The translations under genes and the position numbers were made by a program. The notes beneath the pieces are model-generated. The model saw only the letters and a program-made list of their open reading frames with translations, searched no databases and had not been told where the DNA came from. A stretch of 63,684 nucleotides of DNA, filler included, from Octopus bimaculoides (taxonomy: Eukaryota): assembly GCF_001194135.2 (NCBI RefSeq). It is 7 parts of 6 records of this genome, joined end to end, with 100 filler letters (N's around TTAATTAATTAA, not from the genome) between each part and the next. Parts side by side here need not be neighbours in the genome. Positions count along the whole stretch, not along the records: positions 59,834 to 63,684 come from NW_026379075.1; 6 more parts are not named here. One strand, 5' to 3'. Shown here in pieces: positions 62,111-63,684 of the stretch; position 1 is the first letter of the stretch; each line of letters begins with the position of its first letter.

Positions 62111-62699
62111 CTCCTCCAACTTTTAGGCATAACGTATCAAAGACTACAATATTTGATGTGATAAACTATTTTGTTCCTTCGGTGGAGGTTGGGTGATAGA
62201 GTCTGCAGCGATTGTAAAATGTTCGACTCCTATTTCAGGCGTGTCGAACGACCACGTAAGGACTACTTCGTTTTCTCGAATAAACCCCATTGATTTGCCG
62301 AGTCCGACTCGACTGAGTATTCATTGCTTAGAGTGAATTTCAGCACGACATTAAGTGAAAATGAAGAATTTATTTTATTGGCATTGTAGAATTATAATGG
62401 CAGAAGAAAGATATGAGAGTAGAGTGGAAGTAGTAACAGAGAGGAACGGGACAGTAGAAAGGATGAACAATAAAGTGGAAATAGCACAGATCGGAAGTAG
62501 AATTAAAGTGGAAGTATTTGTAGCAGTGGAAGGAAATAATTTTATAGAGAAAATGGTAGAAGTGTATTTAGCAATACATTTCCTTCGTTCTATGTTCAGA
62601 GTTTTAAAAATTCTATTATCTTTCATTTAAATAATAACGTTAGATGCTTTATTCTTTACGTTATTGAGGTTACTGTTACTATTTTAAAATTAAGTTTTC

Positions 62700-62850
62700 G
62701 CAAAGTTCTGGGTTTAAATTCAATGGAGGTCGACTTTGCCTTTCATCCTTTCGGGGTCGATAAATTAAGTACCAGTTACGCACTGGGGTAGATGTAATCG
62801 ACTAGTCCAGTCCTCCAAAGGTTTAGGCCTTGTGCCTTCTGTAGAAAGGA
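62700..62850 (+). mobile_element. Family N SINE, 5'-truncated
   Basis: gaggtcgactttgcctttcatcctttcggggtcgataaattaagtaccagttacgcactgggg...ggccttgtgccttctgtagaaaggat. Confidence 0.85.
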
Positions 62851-63315
62851 TGATTAAGTTAAATAGCCATTTCCTCTTATTTTTAAGGCAGCCATCTTGC
62901 AAAATGTATGAAGTTTTCAAATAGTTAATGATAAAAATATGAAGTTAAAGATATGCTAAGCAAAGCCTTCACTCTTCCATTCCATAGAACGACCTGTTAT
63001 TAAAGCTATACAGAAATGACATTTTTTCAGACGGTTAAAAATTATTCACGAAGCACTAGCACAGACACCAACATGCAACAATAACACCAACAACAACAAT
63101 AACAAAATGCAAAAAAACTTTGAAGAAGGAGTTTACAAAAGTGCATGGAGTGAGACAGAGACGATACAGTAAAACGGAGGGTGTCATGAAAAACCGTTAT
63201 ATAATGATTTCTGTAATGGGACGAGTAACAATTTAAGAAAAAAAGACATGAATAATTAGAGAGAATATTATTAAAGTGTGTGGTTCAACGTTCAAAAACA
63301 ATGAAAATGATATGC

Positions 63316-63368
<53 letters not shown>

Positions 63369-63448
63369 NNNNNNNNNNNNNNNNNNNNNNNNNNNNNNNN
63401 NNNNNNNNNNNNNNNNNNNNNNNNNNNNNNNNNNNNNNNNNNNNNNNN

Positions 63449-63554
63449 TTTTTTTTTTTTTTTTTTTTTTCCTTCCTTCCCCCTCCCAAAAAGAAAAGCT
63501 CTACATTGTATTTGTCCCATCTTCGTTGAGCCCTGTGTGGCTAATAAAAGAAAT
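63449..63554 (+). mobile_element. 3' end of an L1/Tx1-like element embedded in (TATC)n
   Basis: aaaagaaaagctctacattgtatttgtcccatcttcgttgagccctgtgtggctaataaaagaaat. (TATC)n lies at 63318-63368 (across an 80-N gap) and 63556-63621. Same family as 22781-22862. Confidence 0.65.
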
Positions 63555-63555
63555 G

Positions 63556-63621
<66 letters not shown>

Positions 63622-63684
63622 CCTCTCTCTGTCTCTAAATGCAAAAGAAATAGACAAAGAAAAATCCCAGCAATGGTTGAGAAG

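Noticed and set aside
62355-62630. ORF MKMKNLFYWH...KVEI...KVEV
   Set aside because: Purine-rich degenerate minisatellite (agagtggaag/aaagtggaa units) open on both strands; no splice signals or domain.

Overview
AT-rich eukaryotic genomic DNA. The SINE families and microsatellite load point to a coleoid cephalopod, most likely Octopus (inference). The window comes from a gappy draft assembly. Six artificial 100-nt spacers (44N-TTAATTAATTAA-44N) join separate contigs, so continuity across them is not guaranteed. Almost every ORF in the supplied track is a microsatellite or N-gap artefact. The real content is: (i) dozens of tRNA-derived SINEs from several families, some in tandem and inverted arrays; (ii) decayed LINE fragments (RTE, L1/Tx1, R4/Dong), Tc1 and mariner remnants, a piggyBac-type MITE and a probable solo LTR; (iii) a few candidate host exons, namely a + strand first coding exon (poly-Asn plus hydrophobic segment, 7663-8080) and the last two exons of an unidentified - strand gene joined by a GC-AG intron (26495-26336, 21922-21867). 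The most notable observations are minimal type-I hammerhead ribozyme motifs: three copies of a variant with U at core position 6 in a dispersed repeat, and one inside a tRNA-headed SINE. Also notable are Tx1- and Dong-type 3' ends sitting in specific microsatellites, including a (TATC)n-embedded family. Coordinates of decayed repeats are approximate. No database searches were run.
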